24,354 nt of DNA from a virus (lineage: Duplodnaviria > Caudoviricetes): positions 1 through 24,354 of IMG/VR virus record IMGVR_UViG_3300020475_000526; one strand, 5' to 3'. Shown here one piece after another: positions 1 through 9,562 of this stretch (position 1 is the stretch's first letter; each line of letters begins with the position of its first letter). The position numbers and the translations under genes are program-made. Under the pieces are notes generated by a model. The model was not told the origin of the DNA. It made no database searches and saw nothing but the letters and a program-made list of their open reading frames with translations.

Positions 1-165
1 TCCACTCCAAACTGAAGTAGTAGTTAATCCTTGAAAATCATAAGCAACGTCAGAAGTATCAACCACATTAAATGTAGTTTTAAAATCTGCTCCCGTATAA
101 AGTGCTAAATTAGCAGCATAGGGAACTCCTGCATTTGGATCAAATGTCAGATTTTTACTTGCCAT
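1..165 (-). CDS. 5' part of a small putative virion structural protein, running off the window edge; cyanophage family found between VrlC and the neck genes
   Basis: Manual translation from ATG at 165 gives 55 open codons to the edge: MASKNLTFDPNAGVPYAANLALYTGADFKTTFNVVDTSDVAYDFQGLTTTSVWSG. It overlaps the upstream ORF by 11 nt. The NLx(I/L)xxGADFxxTF pattern matches small structural proteins I recall at this position in T4-like cyanophages. Confidence 0.8.
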   Translation of the reverse strand, partial: MASKNLTFDPNAGVPYAANLALYTGADFKTTFNVVDTSDVAYDFQGLTTTSVWSG

Positions 166-379
166 TGACTAATTCCTTAAGTAGAGATTTAATTTCACCA
201 AGTTCACCTTTTAAATCAGCAAGATCTTCTTCCATAGTGTCAACCCTTTCATTTTTTGATTTTTTTGCATTTCTTGATGCAACATAATGTTGATAATCTA
301 TAGAATTCACATTCACTATGGCACTTGTTTTACGATCTCTTGCAAGATCGACATGTCCTTCTATGTTAAATTTTTCCAT
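155..379 (-). CDS. Small conserved hypothetical protein with a C-terminal coiled coil (74 aa)
   Basis: ATG lies 1 nt after the upstream TAA (TAA-T-ATG). N-terminal EGHxDLARDxxTxAIVN motif. C-terminal heptad pattern RVDTMEEDLADLKGELGEIKSLLKELV. Confidence 0.85.
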   Translation of the reverse strand: MEKFNIEGHVDLARDRKTSAIVNVNSIDYQHYVASRNAKKSKNERVDTMEEDLADLKGELGEIKSLLKELVNGK

Positions 380-380
380 A

Positions 381-3300
381 TTAAGCTAGTGCCATAACTC
401 TCAAATCTTTGATTCTAGGAACAAACACTTGATCATTACTTGTCAATAATAATTTAACCCTATAATATCTAAAAGCAGGTAAAGTATCAGCAGTAAATGA
501 ATATTCATTAAATATTGCACTACCCAAATATTGATAGTCGTTAACTTTTGGAACAAACTTATCAGATTGTCCATCACTATCTTGAGGATTAACAACTTGC
601 CCTCTACTATTTAAATTATTAAATCCAGGGAAAGGTGTAAAGATTGGTTCAAATGCTTCCTTATCACTAATTGCATAGAATGCTCTCACATTAGCATCAA
701 CATGAATATGTCCTGCCAACAATACTTTTATAGAAGTAGCAGGATTTTCCAATCTTATTTCTTTACTGATATACTGACATGCAGTAGGATCATCAAAAAC
801 ACTCTTCACTCTATCATCTGTAGCATAATTGGTAATTATATTGTCAACTCTATTTGAAGTAGTAATAACACTAACTCTTTGAGTATCTATTACAGGACTT
901 AACCTAGTATCAACTGTACCAAGACTTAATCTCATTTGGAAAGATTTATTTCCTACAATATTATCCAATTTTTCATCTTCATTTAGTTTAGAATAAATTG
1001 CTCTAGGACTACTGAGGTAATTAGTTTCACCAACAGTAACAGATTCAAATCCCTTATCAATATATGGGATATCCTGATCTCCAATTCCTGATGCAGAAGT
1101 AGTTCTTATTTCAGCACCAATTGTAGTTCCTGTAACTGTTGTATTATGTGCAACTGGAACAATAGCTTCAAAAGGCATATTTTGAGTTGCCTTTATATTA
1201 TATCCACCTGCAGATTTACTTTTGTTAGCATATAATTTAGGGAATCCAACATCAGTGCTTCTATCAGTAGTATCATTAGATGAAATACCATCTATATTAT
1301 TTTCACCTGAAGTATCAATTTTGATATTGTAAGAATCAAATCTAATTGATCCAGAAGTTTCTGTAGAAGTTGAAGTAGATAAACCATGTGTTCGATTTAT
1401 TCTTACCAAAGAAACCCCACCAAGTTCATATTTATGAACAGGTGTTCCAGCAGGATAATCAATCTGATCAAGTCCTCTAGAATCTATTGTAAGAACATTA
1501 CCAGTAACAGCAGTATATCTAATAACCTCATCCTCAATTTTAACTAATCCTTTATTAGTTGTCCCAACTCCAACATTTTCAAAATTGGTAAAGGCACTTG
1601 CATCATCAACACTAAATGTATTTTCATTACCAACATTTAATGCAATACTTAATTTAGTAGGTTTAATATCAGATGCAACATCTGAAATTTTAACTATATT
1701 ATCAGTAGAATACATTCCATGATTCTTATGATTTACCTTAATATGCAAACCATCCTGTTCAACATCAATTGCATTTATGGTAACATTACCACCATGACTA
1801 AAGTTTAATTCTGTAGTTACACCAGCACTATTGGTATACCTCATCGTCTTACCAACACCAGTAGCAAAATTACCTTGAACATTATCCAAAATAATTTCAT
1901 TTGTCATTCCAATACCAGCAACAGTAAATCTAGCATCTCTACCAACAGTTCCACTACCACCAGTAGACAAACCAATAGTAGTAATTCCTATAACATCACC
2001 TACTTGATAACCAGATCCACCAGAAGTAATAGTAGCAGCAGCTGCAACTCCATTTTCAATATAAACATTAGCGACTGCTCCTCTTCCATGTCCAGTAACA
2101 GTAACTAAATTTACGCTACTAAATGATTTATTTCCATCTAATGGAGTGTAACCAATACCAACATTACTTATGCTCAATGTTCCTGTGGCTGATCCACCAG
2201 CACCTACAAGATTACCTGTAGCATTTGTTCCATCCTGTGAGAAAGTATTACCATCTGCATAAGAATCAGCGACTGTTGTTGCTAAACCAACCCTAACCTT
2301 TCTAGAACTTAATGAAATAGAATTTGGCATAAGTGTTGGGATTTGACCATTCCCCTCAGTTAATTCTGGGTTGTAGAAATCAACACTTCCAGCAGTTTCA
2401 AACTCTGCCCTATACAAAGTAAATTTAAGATCTTCCCATTGACTAGGTTCCCATGTAGAAGCATTTTGCGACTTAAATAGAGATCCCAAATAAGGTTGGT
2501 TGGAAATAAATGTGTCAGTTAAAAGATCAGTTTCACCAATTCTTGAAATATAAACACTATATTTTGTTGAGTTAGATGCCAAACAAATAGCATATTCAGT
2601 ATTTCCACCTTCTAGGTATACTGGAGCTCTAAAATTAACAGTGGTTGCTACTGAACCATCAGCAGAAGTTATAACATCATCAGGTGCTAATACAATTTCT
2701 GAGAATGGAAGAATATGTTGTGTCGGGAATCCATTTAACATAGATCTTAGCTGGAAGACACAAGGAACATCCATATCATCTTTAGTTCTGAAGAACACAT
2801 CACATTTTGTTATGAATATACCATTATCATCTTCAACCAAGAATGATTGAGCTAGAGGGTCATACCATGAATTAATTCTTCTATCACCCTGAGTTGTAGT
2901 AGTGTCTTGTCCAACAAGTGTTGTTCCAAGACTTTCTTCAACGTTTCTCTCCTGAAACTCTTGTCTTTGTTCAACTCTAGCATTTCTAATAGAAAGAATG
3001 TTTTCCTGAACAGTTTCTAATGTTCCAGCAGCAGTAAAGGTTTCGTCAGTAAGAGTAGTCGCTTTATTTGCATCATTATCAGGTTCACTAGTCAAAGTGA
3101 AAACTTTGGTTCCTGTTTCAAATCTAGGATGATTGATGCTATTTGGATCGGGAATATAAAATGATCCAGCACAGAAAGCAGAAACATCGGAAATTAATCT
3201 TACATTAGTAACAGTTGCTTGTGCTTTACTACTCAAACCTTTAAGAACCATACCAGTTTCAATTCTTCCATAATATTGTCCTTGTGGTTGGTTGGATAAA

Positions 3301-6300
3301 GAATATGTATCCACATTCAATATATCAGAAGTTGATGAATAATTAGAGGATAATGGTTGATTTGTATATGGATTATCACGGAAAGTTTTTGTAGGAACAT
3401 TATATGGACCTTCTTTATGATTTGATTGAGCAACTCTACAATTGAATGAATGCTCAAATGTTGAAGTTGTTCTATGTGCATGAATTTGTTCACCCACTTG
3501 GAATGTTCCAGAAGTCATTGATATTTCAATTAACTTAGGAACACAATACTTAGTTACATCTTCACCATCAAAGAAACCATATAATTGTGTTAAAGGTTTA
3601 ACTTTTTTAGCTACAAATTCAATATTTCTAGATCTCATAAATGGAACAACTTCTCTACTAACAACTCTATCACCTACGGATTGTTCATCAAAGGTTTCAG
3701 TTACAATATTTCTGAGACCTGTTCTACTTTCTGTACCAGTTTGAATAGTTTCTCTAAACCAGTTTCTAGTTGTAGTGTTTACAGTAGCAGTAACCCATCG
3801 AGCAGGGTTAGTGCTTGGTTCCTGATTAACCCAACCACCTTCTGACCATGTTACTGTATCATTTACTGTCTGAGTTGATGCTCCTTCAAAATCATTGGTT
3901 GTAGTTCCTGTCCAAGTTGTTTCCCAAGAATTCCACATTATTGGTCCCATACCAGTTTGTGGATCGACACCATCATTTCTAACCATATTATCCAAAGTCG
4001 CAGCATAATTACCTTCTGTTTGAATAATTTTAGCTTGCAATCTTGCAGTATCCACCCAAGTATCAGATGCAGGAGTTAACTCCATAGTTCCTTGCCAGAA
4101 ACTAATTAAGAAAGGAGTAACACTTTCTGATCTTGTGGCAAAATTTTGTTTTAACCACTCAACTTCAGAATAATCTAATGTTATTGCGTCTGCATTTTTT
4201 CTTACATTAACACCTTCAATGGTGGCAAATTGTTGGTCGTCATCAACATCAAGTCCAACAACAGGACCAGTTATACAATCAACTGAGTTTGTATAATGTC
4301 TAGGACGTAATTCTTTCCTTTTTCTGTCTATACTATTATTGATTTTAAGAGCAGATTCTTGAGTTTCAAAACCAGTAAAATTATCAACAAAAAATCCAGA
4401 TTTAAATCTATTCAAACCATCTTGATCAGGAACAAAGAAGTTTGCAGTGTTTGTTTCAAGTAAAGAAAGACTAGTATAATATTCAAGATTTTTAATTCTA
4501 CTATCAAGTTTCTTAATATCACCCATCGTATATCGACGATGATTTAAGAATTGTAATGCAGCATCTTTTGGTGCATAAAGAAATGCTGGTAGACCTACTG
4601 TTGCTATTTCTAATGCATCATCAACAGGAACTGGTTTTTTAGGATTTTCAGAAGGAGATCCAAATTTTACTTGTAATTTTCCACCTTTAGTTAAAAATAT
4701 TCTATCAATTCTTGGAAGATAGAATGAAAAATCTACTAAAATAGTTTCATCAGATGCTAAAATATTAGGTGCAGAATCTCCAGATCCAGTGAATGTTCTT
4801 CCAAGGAATTCTAAAGGAGATCTATCTCCCTCTGCCACTGATGTAATTGGAACAACTCTTGGTCTAATATCAATAATATCACTACAACTGTAAGAATTAA
4901 TTCTTGGAATATCATATCCATACTTGAATTGATCATATGAATTAACTGTTGTAATATCTCCAGTATCATTATCAGCATAAGATCCACTCTGATAATAAAC
5001 TTTTATTTTTCTTTCTGGTACATCATTATCTGGTTTTAATTTAATCGTTCCATAGTTAAAGAAAGTAACCGTACCACCATCAGCAAATGTATAATTTGGT
5101 GATATATCAAAACTAGGTTCATTAAGAGAAGAAACGACGGCAGAAGCTCCTGATTCTTTAAATGTTACAGTTTCACCTTCTCTAAAAACAATTTGATTAT
5201 CATAAACAAAACTAATTTGAGAATCACTTAATTTTTCTGCAACAACAGCAACAGCATCACTTTCTTCACCTACCATATGCTCTCCAAGTATTAATTCATT
5301 AGTGGTGGTTGATTGAGTAACAATAGAAGAAAGATTTACCTTTGGAGCAGATGGGTCACTTGTATCAGCAGATTCAAAAATACCATAAACCCAAATCACG
5401 TCGGGAACATTTAATGATATTTCATCATCCTGTACTCTCGTTCCATATGGATAATTTCCATATGTTAATCCATCATTTAAAGTTGTTGCTCCAATTCCAG
5501 ATCCTGAAATCTTTGAGTAATTGATAACAACGGATTTAATTTTATTGTTTATTTTTGTTTTTGCTTGTGGTTTTGATTTTTTAATCGTAGCAACAAGTGT
5601 AGCACCATTGTTTGATTGTGATGGAGTGTTTAATCCACGAATTTGGCAACTATTTCCTGTTCCAAAATCAAATTGATCAGATGTTAAATCATAAGTTGTT
5701 CCATCTGCTCCAATTAATGAATATCTCTTTGGTTGGAATGGTTGAAAAGACTCATTAGAACCTGCAGAAGGTAGAGGAGTATTTAATTGACCATTACTAA
5801 TACTAACATCAAAAGTTTTTCTTATAACAATAGATGCAGAAGTTAAATCAACATTAGAAATGTTTGACTTTGGAAGTGGTGTGTATAAAGTATTATCAGA
5901 TGAAGGATCTAATAAACTTGTCATTACTCTTAAGTCACTTACACTTTTAACAGATGTTTTTGGAAGTGTACCATCAACTATTCCAGATACTGTTGTAACT
6001 CCAGTAACATTAAGATGAGATGATCCAACACTAACTACTCTAGCTGTTACAGGATCTTCAGAAACATTAAGATCAGTATATTGAATTAAATTACCAACAG
6101 TAGTAATACCTGGAAAATTAGGATTAGCACTTTTAACAACTGATTGATTATTTGCAAAAGTAACCACACCAACTGTTGCTATTCCAACAAATTGTTGAAC
6201 TGATGGAACCACATTAGCGTTAAAAGTATTAATACCAACTAAATTATCATCAGTTCCGTAAATAGATTTTACATCGGATATAGAATGTACTGTAATACCT

Positions 6301-7967
6301 AAAGCAACTCTTCCATTATTAATTCCATTAATTATAAGTTGCTCATTCTTAATAAATTGTCCACTTGTTTCATATACAGTTAGTCCCATTCCAGCAGTAA
6401 CAGACCCTTGTAAAAATGCCTTTGCACCACTTCTTTTTCCTTCAATAATAGCAGGGACTGATACAGTAAGAGGATTATTTAATTGTATCTCAGTAAATGT
6501 CTGTACATCATATAAAGCGAGCTCCCATTCATCTAAATTTGAATTAGTTGAACTATAATTTTGAGATTCTAATCTAAAATCATAAACCCTAGCATACCCT
6601 ATTTCACCACCAGCAGCATTTTCTTGATTAGATCCTTGTCTTTCATCTCTTAAACTTAGTACATATGTACTACCAATTCCTACTGTGGGAGTTCTATAAA
6701 CACTATTTAATTTAAATGTTGATCCAGTATTGTAAATTATTGCTTGATTTTCTTGAAGTTTTGTATCTCTTGGTTTGGGACAGTCTATAAATGTAGGATC
6801 TAATGTTTCAATTTCATATCCCTTTACATATGCTTTTCCTGGAGAAACTTTATATAAAGCTAAATCATCGGATGGTGTTCCACCACCAGGTGTAAATTGA
6901 CCTGCTTGAAAAACTCCCCTATTTCCTATATTATCATTCAAGGAATTCATCAAAGTAATATTGAATGGTTTTATATCATAATTACCACTTTCATCAAAAG
7001 TTCTTCTTGCTAGAGTATCGGTTAGATCCAATGATCCTGATCCACCACCACCTGCAATTATTAATCCACCACTACTTCCTTTACCACTCCTACCACTATT
7101 AGCAGCTCTTAATACACCATCAGATATAGTTCCCAGTTCTACAAAACTTGTATCATCAAAATCATCTAAATCTTTTTTAAATAAACTTAAAGTAATTTTT
7201 AACCTATCTGCACCTGGTGCAGCATAGTTATTATATCCCTGTGAATTATCATTTAAAGATTCATCAATATCAGCATTAATTATTTGTTCATCTACAAATA
7301 AACCAATCCTATAGTTAGGTTCTGTTGCATATTGATCTAAAATAAGTGTTTCTTGTGCAACTCCTACAAATTGACCATGAACAAAATATACACCCTCTTG
7401 TATTTGAAAAGATGATCCTGTTATTGATGCACCATCATTTGTAGTAATAGCAAATGGTGCTCCAGCAGAAATAGAAGCATTACCTAATAACCCAGAAGAA
7501 ATGATTGTATTGCATTTTAATTCTTCACCATCAAAAAAAGATTGAGTAGAGTTATTTGTCGTGCTTGAATTTAAATAATTAACATAAAGAGTAAGTTGTC
7601 CACGATCTGACTGTTCAGGCATTAAAATAGTGTCTACAACAGCACTTACACCAGATCTTTGACCAGTAATCTTAGTACCAATTAATTGATCAGCATAAGC
7701 AGATACAGGAACCCCTTGGAAATTATTTTGTATTTGAACACCATAATAAAGTCTATTATAACCAGTATTACCAGGAATTACCTTAGCACCTTCTTTGAAA
7801 AAATGTTGCCCAAATTTTTCAATCTGATTTTGTAATATAGATTGAAGAGTTGTTAATTCTCTCGCTTGAACAGGATATCCTGGTTTAAATAAGACCCGAT
7901 AAAAATCATCAGATGCATCATAATCATCAAAATATGGGGCTACATTTAAATTTGTCTGTTGTGGCAT
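381..7967 (-). CDS. VrlC-like / DUF4815-type large virion structural protein (2528 aa)
   Basis: Uninterrupted ORF with motifs recalled as hallmarks of this family: NLNVAPYFDDY, VLFKPGYPVQARELTTLQSILQNQIEKFG, APGADRLKI, LARRTFDESGNY, PGKAYVKGYEIE, RIKNLEYYTSLSLLE, RFKSGFFVDNF, DPLAQSF, EDLKFTLYRAEF and terminal VPRIKDLRVMALA. It lies directly downstream of gp8. Confidence 0.9.
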   Translation of the reverse strand: MPQQTNLNVAPYFDDYDASDDFYRVLFKPGYPVQARELTTLQSILQNQIEKFGQHFFKEGAKVIPGNTGYNRLYYGVQIQNNFQGVPVSAYADQLIGTKITGQRSGVSAVVDTILMPEQSDRGQLTLYVNYLNSSTTNNSTQSFFDGEELKCNTIISSGLLGNASISAGAPFAITTNDGASITGSSFQIQEGVYFVHGQFVGVAQETLILDQYATEPNYRIGLFVDEQIINADIDESLNDNSQGYNNYAAPGADRLKITLSLFKKDLDDFDDTSFVELGTISDGVLRAANSGRSGKGSSGGLIIAGGGGSGSLDLTDTLARRTFDESGNYDIKPFNITLMNSLNDNIGNRGVFQAGQFTPGGGTPSDDLALYKVSPGKAYVKGYEIETLDPTFIDCPKPRDTKLQENQAIIYNTGSTFKLNSVYRTPTVGIGSTYVLSLRDERQGSNQENAAGGEIGYARVYDFRLESQNYSSTNSNLDEWELALYDVQTFTEIQLNNPLTVSVPAIIEGKRSGAKAFLQGSVTAGMGLTVYETSGQFIKNEQLIINGINNGRVALGITVHSISDVKSIYGTDDNLVGINTFNANVVPSVQQFVGIATVGVVTFANNQSVVKSANPNFPGITTVGNLIQYTDLNVSEDPVTARVVSVGSSHLNVTGVTTVSGIVDGTLPKTSVKSVSDLRVMTSLLDPSSDNTLYTPLPKSNISNVDLTSASIVIRKTFDVSISNGQLNTPLPSAGSNESFQPFQPKRYSLIGADGTTYDLTSDQFDFGTGNSCQIRGLNTPSQSNNGATLVATIKKSKPQAKTKINNKIKSVVINYSKISGSGIGATTLNDGLTYGNYPYGTRVQDDEISLNVPDVIWVYGIFESADTSDPSAPKVNLSSIVTQSTTTNELILGEHMVGEESDAVAVVAEKLSDSQISFVYDNQIVFREGETVTFKESGASAVVSSLNEPSFDISPNYTFADGGTVTFFNYGTIKLKPDNDVPERKIKVYYQSGSYADNDTGDITTVNSYDQFKYGYDIPRINSYSCSDIIDIRPRVVPITSVAEGDRSPLEFLGRTFTGSGDSAPNILASDETILVDFSFYLPRIDRIFLTKGGKLQVKFGSPSENPKKPVPVDDALEIATVGLPAFLYAPKDAALQFLNHRRYTMGDIKKLDSRIKNLEYYTSLSLLETNTANFFVPDQDGLNRFKSGFFVDNFTGFETQESALKINNSIDRKRKELRPRHYTNSVDCITGPVVGLDVDDDQQFATIEGVNVRKNADAITLDYSEVEWLKQNFATRSESVTPFLISFWQGTMELTPASDTWVDTARLQAKIIQTEGNYAATLDNMVRNDGVDPQTGMGPIMWNSWETTWTGTTTNDFEGASTQTVNDTVTWSEGGWVNQEPSTNPARWVTATVNTTTRNWFRETIQTGTESRTGLRNIVTETFDEQSVGDRVVSREVVPFMRSRNIEFVAKKVKPLTQLYGFFDGEDVTKYCVPKLIEISMTSGTFQVGEQIHAHRTTSTFEHSFNCRVAQSNHKEGPYNVPTKTFRDNPYTNQPLSSNYSSTSDILNVDTYSLSNQPQGQYYGRIETGMVLKGLSSKAQATVTNVRLISDVSAFCAGSFYIPDPNSINHPRFETGTKVFTLTSEPDNDANKATTLTDETFTAAGTLETVQENILSIRNARVEQRQEFQERNVEESLGTTLVGQDTTTTQGDRRINSWYDPLAQSFLVEDDNGIFITKCDVFFRTKDDMDVPCVFQLRSMLNGFPTQHILPFSEIVLAPDDVITSADGSVATTVNFRAPVYLEGGNTEYAICLASNSTKYSVYISRIGETDLLTDTFISNQPYLGSLFKSQNASTWEPSQWEDLKFTLYRAEFETAGSVDFYNPELTEGNGQIPTLMPNSISLSSRKVRVGLATTVADSYADGNTFSQDGTNATGNLVGAGGSATGTLSISNVGIGYTPLDGNKSFSSVNLVTVTGHGRGAVANVYIENGVAAAATITSGGSGYQVGDVIGITTIGLSTGGSGTVGRDARFTVAGIGMTNEIILDNVQGNFATGVGKTMRYTNSAGVTTELNFSHGGNVTINAIDVEQDGLHIKVNHKNHGMYSTDNIVKISDVASDIKPTKLSIALNVGNENTFSVDDASAFTNFENVGVGTTNKGLVKIEDEVIRYTAVTGNVLTIDSRGLDQIDYPAGTPVHKYELGGVSLVRINRTHGLSTSTSTETSGSIRFDSYNIKIDTSGENNIDGISSNDTTDRSTDVGFPKLYANKSKSAGGYNIKATQNMPFEAIVPVAHNTTVTGTTIGAEIRTTSASGIGDQDIPYIDKGFESVTVGETNYLSSPRAIYSKLNEDEKLDNIVGNKSFQMRLSLGTVDTRLSPVIDTQRVSVITTSNRVDNIITNYATDDRVKSVFDDPTACQYISKEIRLENPATSIKVLLAGHIHVDANVRAFYAISDKEAFEPIFTPFPGFNNLNSRGQVVNPQDSDGQSDKFVPKVNDYQYLGSAIFNEYSFTADTLPAFRYYRVKLLLTSNDQVFVPRIKDLRVMALA

Positions 7968-7973
7968 GATTTC

Positions 7974-9530
7974 CTAGAATTGCAATACTATTTTAATATC
8001 TTCTTTTTGGTTAACAGACCTAGTTATAGCTGGTCTATTATCAACAAAAACAATGTTACCACTATGTCTCTTAACTTCTGGATTGGAAATTCCATCAGTG
8101 AATGTTTGACCAAGATAATATGTTATATTATTTATTACGGTAGATATACCCGTAAACCCATCATCAATTTGTAAAGTAGATCCAGTAGTAGGAACAATTT
8201 CCAAGTTTCCACCAGTTCCTGGAGATCCAGTGAACTTATTTAAATTATACCCATATGTAGGAGCAGTTTGTGCAGTTCCTACGGTATTAAATCCAGCAAG
8301 AGTTCTGTCTTGCCAAAACTTCAAGACACCAGTTACTTCATCATAATTTATCACTCTTCCTTGAGCAGTAGACCCTGCAGCAATTGTTTGTTTAAAATAA
8401 CTATCTGCAGCAAATGTAGCTGAACTATAACCAGATCCTGCTAATCGCAAAGCGTTAACAGCACTAGCTTTATCCGATGCTAAAAGTGCAGTAGAATCAA
8501 ATTGTTGAGGATTTTCTACTAATCCAACTCGTGAAATTTGATTACCTGTAATAAAGTCAGGGTTTTCATTATCATTTTCAATACGAGAGTATATAAGAAC
8601 ATTCATTGCCCCCAATTCTCTATAGATATCAGAACCATGACCACCTTGAGGTGGAATAATGACATCAAAAGTAGGTATAGTAGTTCCAGTAGGAACTCCA
8701 CCCCCATCCAAATCCACACTACCATAGGTATATCCAGATCCTTGTTTAGAAATAACTATAGTATCAACCTGTTGGTCGTTAGTTGTAGTAATTGTACACT
8801 CTGCTCCTGATCCATCTCCTTTAATTGGTACTTTTGTATATTCTGTACCACCAGAAGGACCAATAGTTTCACCCCTATTAGTAATAGTAATAATTTTAAT
8901 TGCACCATCTACTGAATTATCTCTAACTGCTGCATCATCCACATTAGTTTCCCAATTTAAAGGAACTGGCATAAAATCAGTAGAATCAAATTTAATAATA
9001 TCAGCAGGTTTAATAGTAAAAAGATACTTCCAAATGTAATTGTCACCACTACTTCCAGCAGATCTTGGTTCTAAATCAGTAAAAGTTGGTTCATCCAATG
9101 AAGGTCTTCCAGTGGGGTTATCTGGATCAGTACCATTTTGTAAGCAAATATAAACCCTATAATCAGTGTTTATAACATAATAAGTAGCATTATATAAATT
9201 TGTAGCACCAGAAACAGGAGCAGTATTTGATCTACTATAATCTCCTCTATACATGTCATAAGTTGTACCAGATGACCATGCTCTCTTCGTAACAACCTGT
9301 CTACAATCACCTGCAGTAATTTTCTTCAGGGCTACCATATTATCCCAATAATCATTCTCTTCACTAAAATTATCTTTAGGTGAAGGGGGATCGGTGTTCC
9401 AATCAGTTTTAATATCAGTTGGATTAGGTAATCCAATAAAAGAATAATAGGCGTTAGTAGTCGATGTTACTCCCGCAACAAAATTCTTTGCATTCAACAA
9501 TCTAATCTGATCAGTTATAATTGCAGCCAT
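7974..9530 (-). CDS. gp8: Baseplate wedge subunit, T4 gp8-like (518 aa)
   Basis: Motifs MAAIITDQIRLLNAKNF, WSSGTTYDMY, YRVYICLQNG, DNYIWKYLFTI, PPQGGHGSDIYRELGA and terminal NQKEDIKIVLQF are typical of cyanophage gp8. Position fits gp6-gp7-gp8 order. Confidence 0.92.
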   Translation of the reverse strand: MAAIITDQIRLLNAKNFVAGVTSTTNAYYSFIGLPNPTDIKTDWNTDPPSPKDNFSEENDYWDNMVALKKITAGDCRQVVTKRAWSSGTTYDMYRGDYSRSNTAPVSGATNLYNATYYVINTDYRVYICLQNGTDPDNPTGRPSLDEPTFTDLEPRSAGSSGDNYIWKYLFTIKPADIIKFDSTDFMPVPLNWETNVDDAAVRDNSVDGAIKIITITNRGETIGPSGGTEYTKVPIKGDGSGAECTITTTNDQQVDTIVISKQGSGYTYGSVDLDGGGVPTGTTIPTFDVIIPPQGGHGSDIYRELGAMNVLIYSRIENDNENPDFITGNQISRVGLVENPQQFDSTALLASDKASAVNALRLAGSGYSSATFAADSYFKQTIAAGSTAQGRVINYDEVTGVLKFWQDRTLAGFNTVGTAQTAPTYGYNLNKFTGSPGTGGNLEIVPTTGSTLQIDDGFTGISTVINNITYYLGQTFTDGISNPEVKRHSGNIVFVDNRPAITRSVNQKEDIKIVLQF

Positions 9531-9549
9531 TGGACAGAGATTTTTTCTT

Positions 9550-9557
9550 TATTTATT
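9550..9557 (-). promoter_or_regulatory. T4-type late promoter (AATAAATA)
   Basis: The minus strand of the 32-nt gp7/gp8 spacer reads TAA-TCCTT-AATAAATA-AAGAAAAAATCTCTGTCCA-ATG. This matches the NATAAATA late-promoter consensus of T4-like cyanophages (T4: TATAAATA), 19 nt before the gp8 ATG. Confidence 0.75.
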
Positions 9558-9562
9558 AAGGA

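Noticed and set aside
1429-1436. CATAAATA late-promoter-like match
   Set aside because: It lies inside VrlC coding sequence (H-K-Y), about 1 kb from the next start, and is expected by chance in AT-rich DNA.
381-7967. Reading 'VrlC' as a virulence factor
   Set aside because: The name comes from a bacterial virulence-related locus. Here the context among baseplate genes indicates a phage structural protein.
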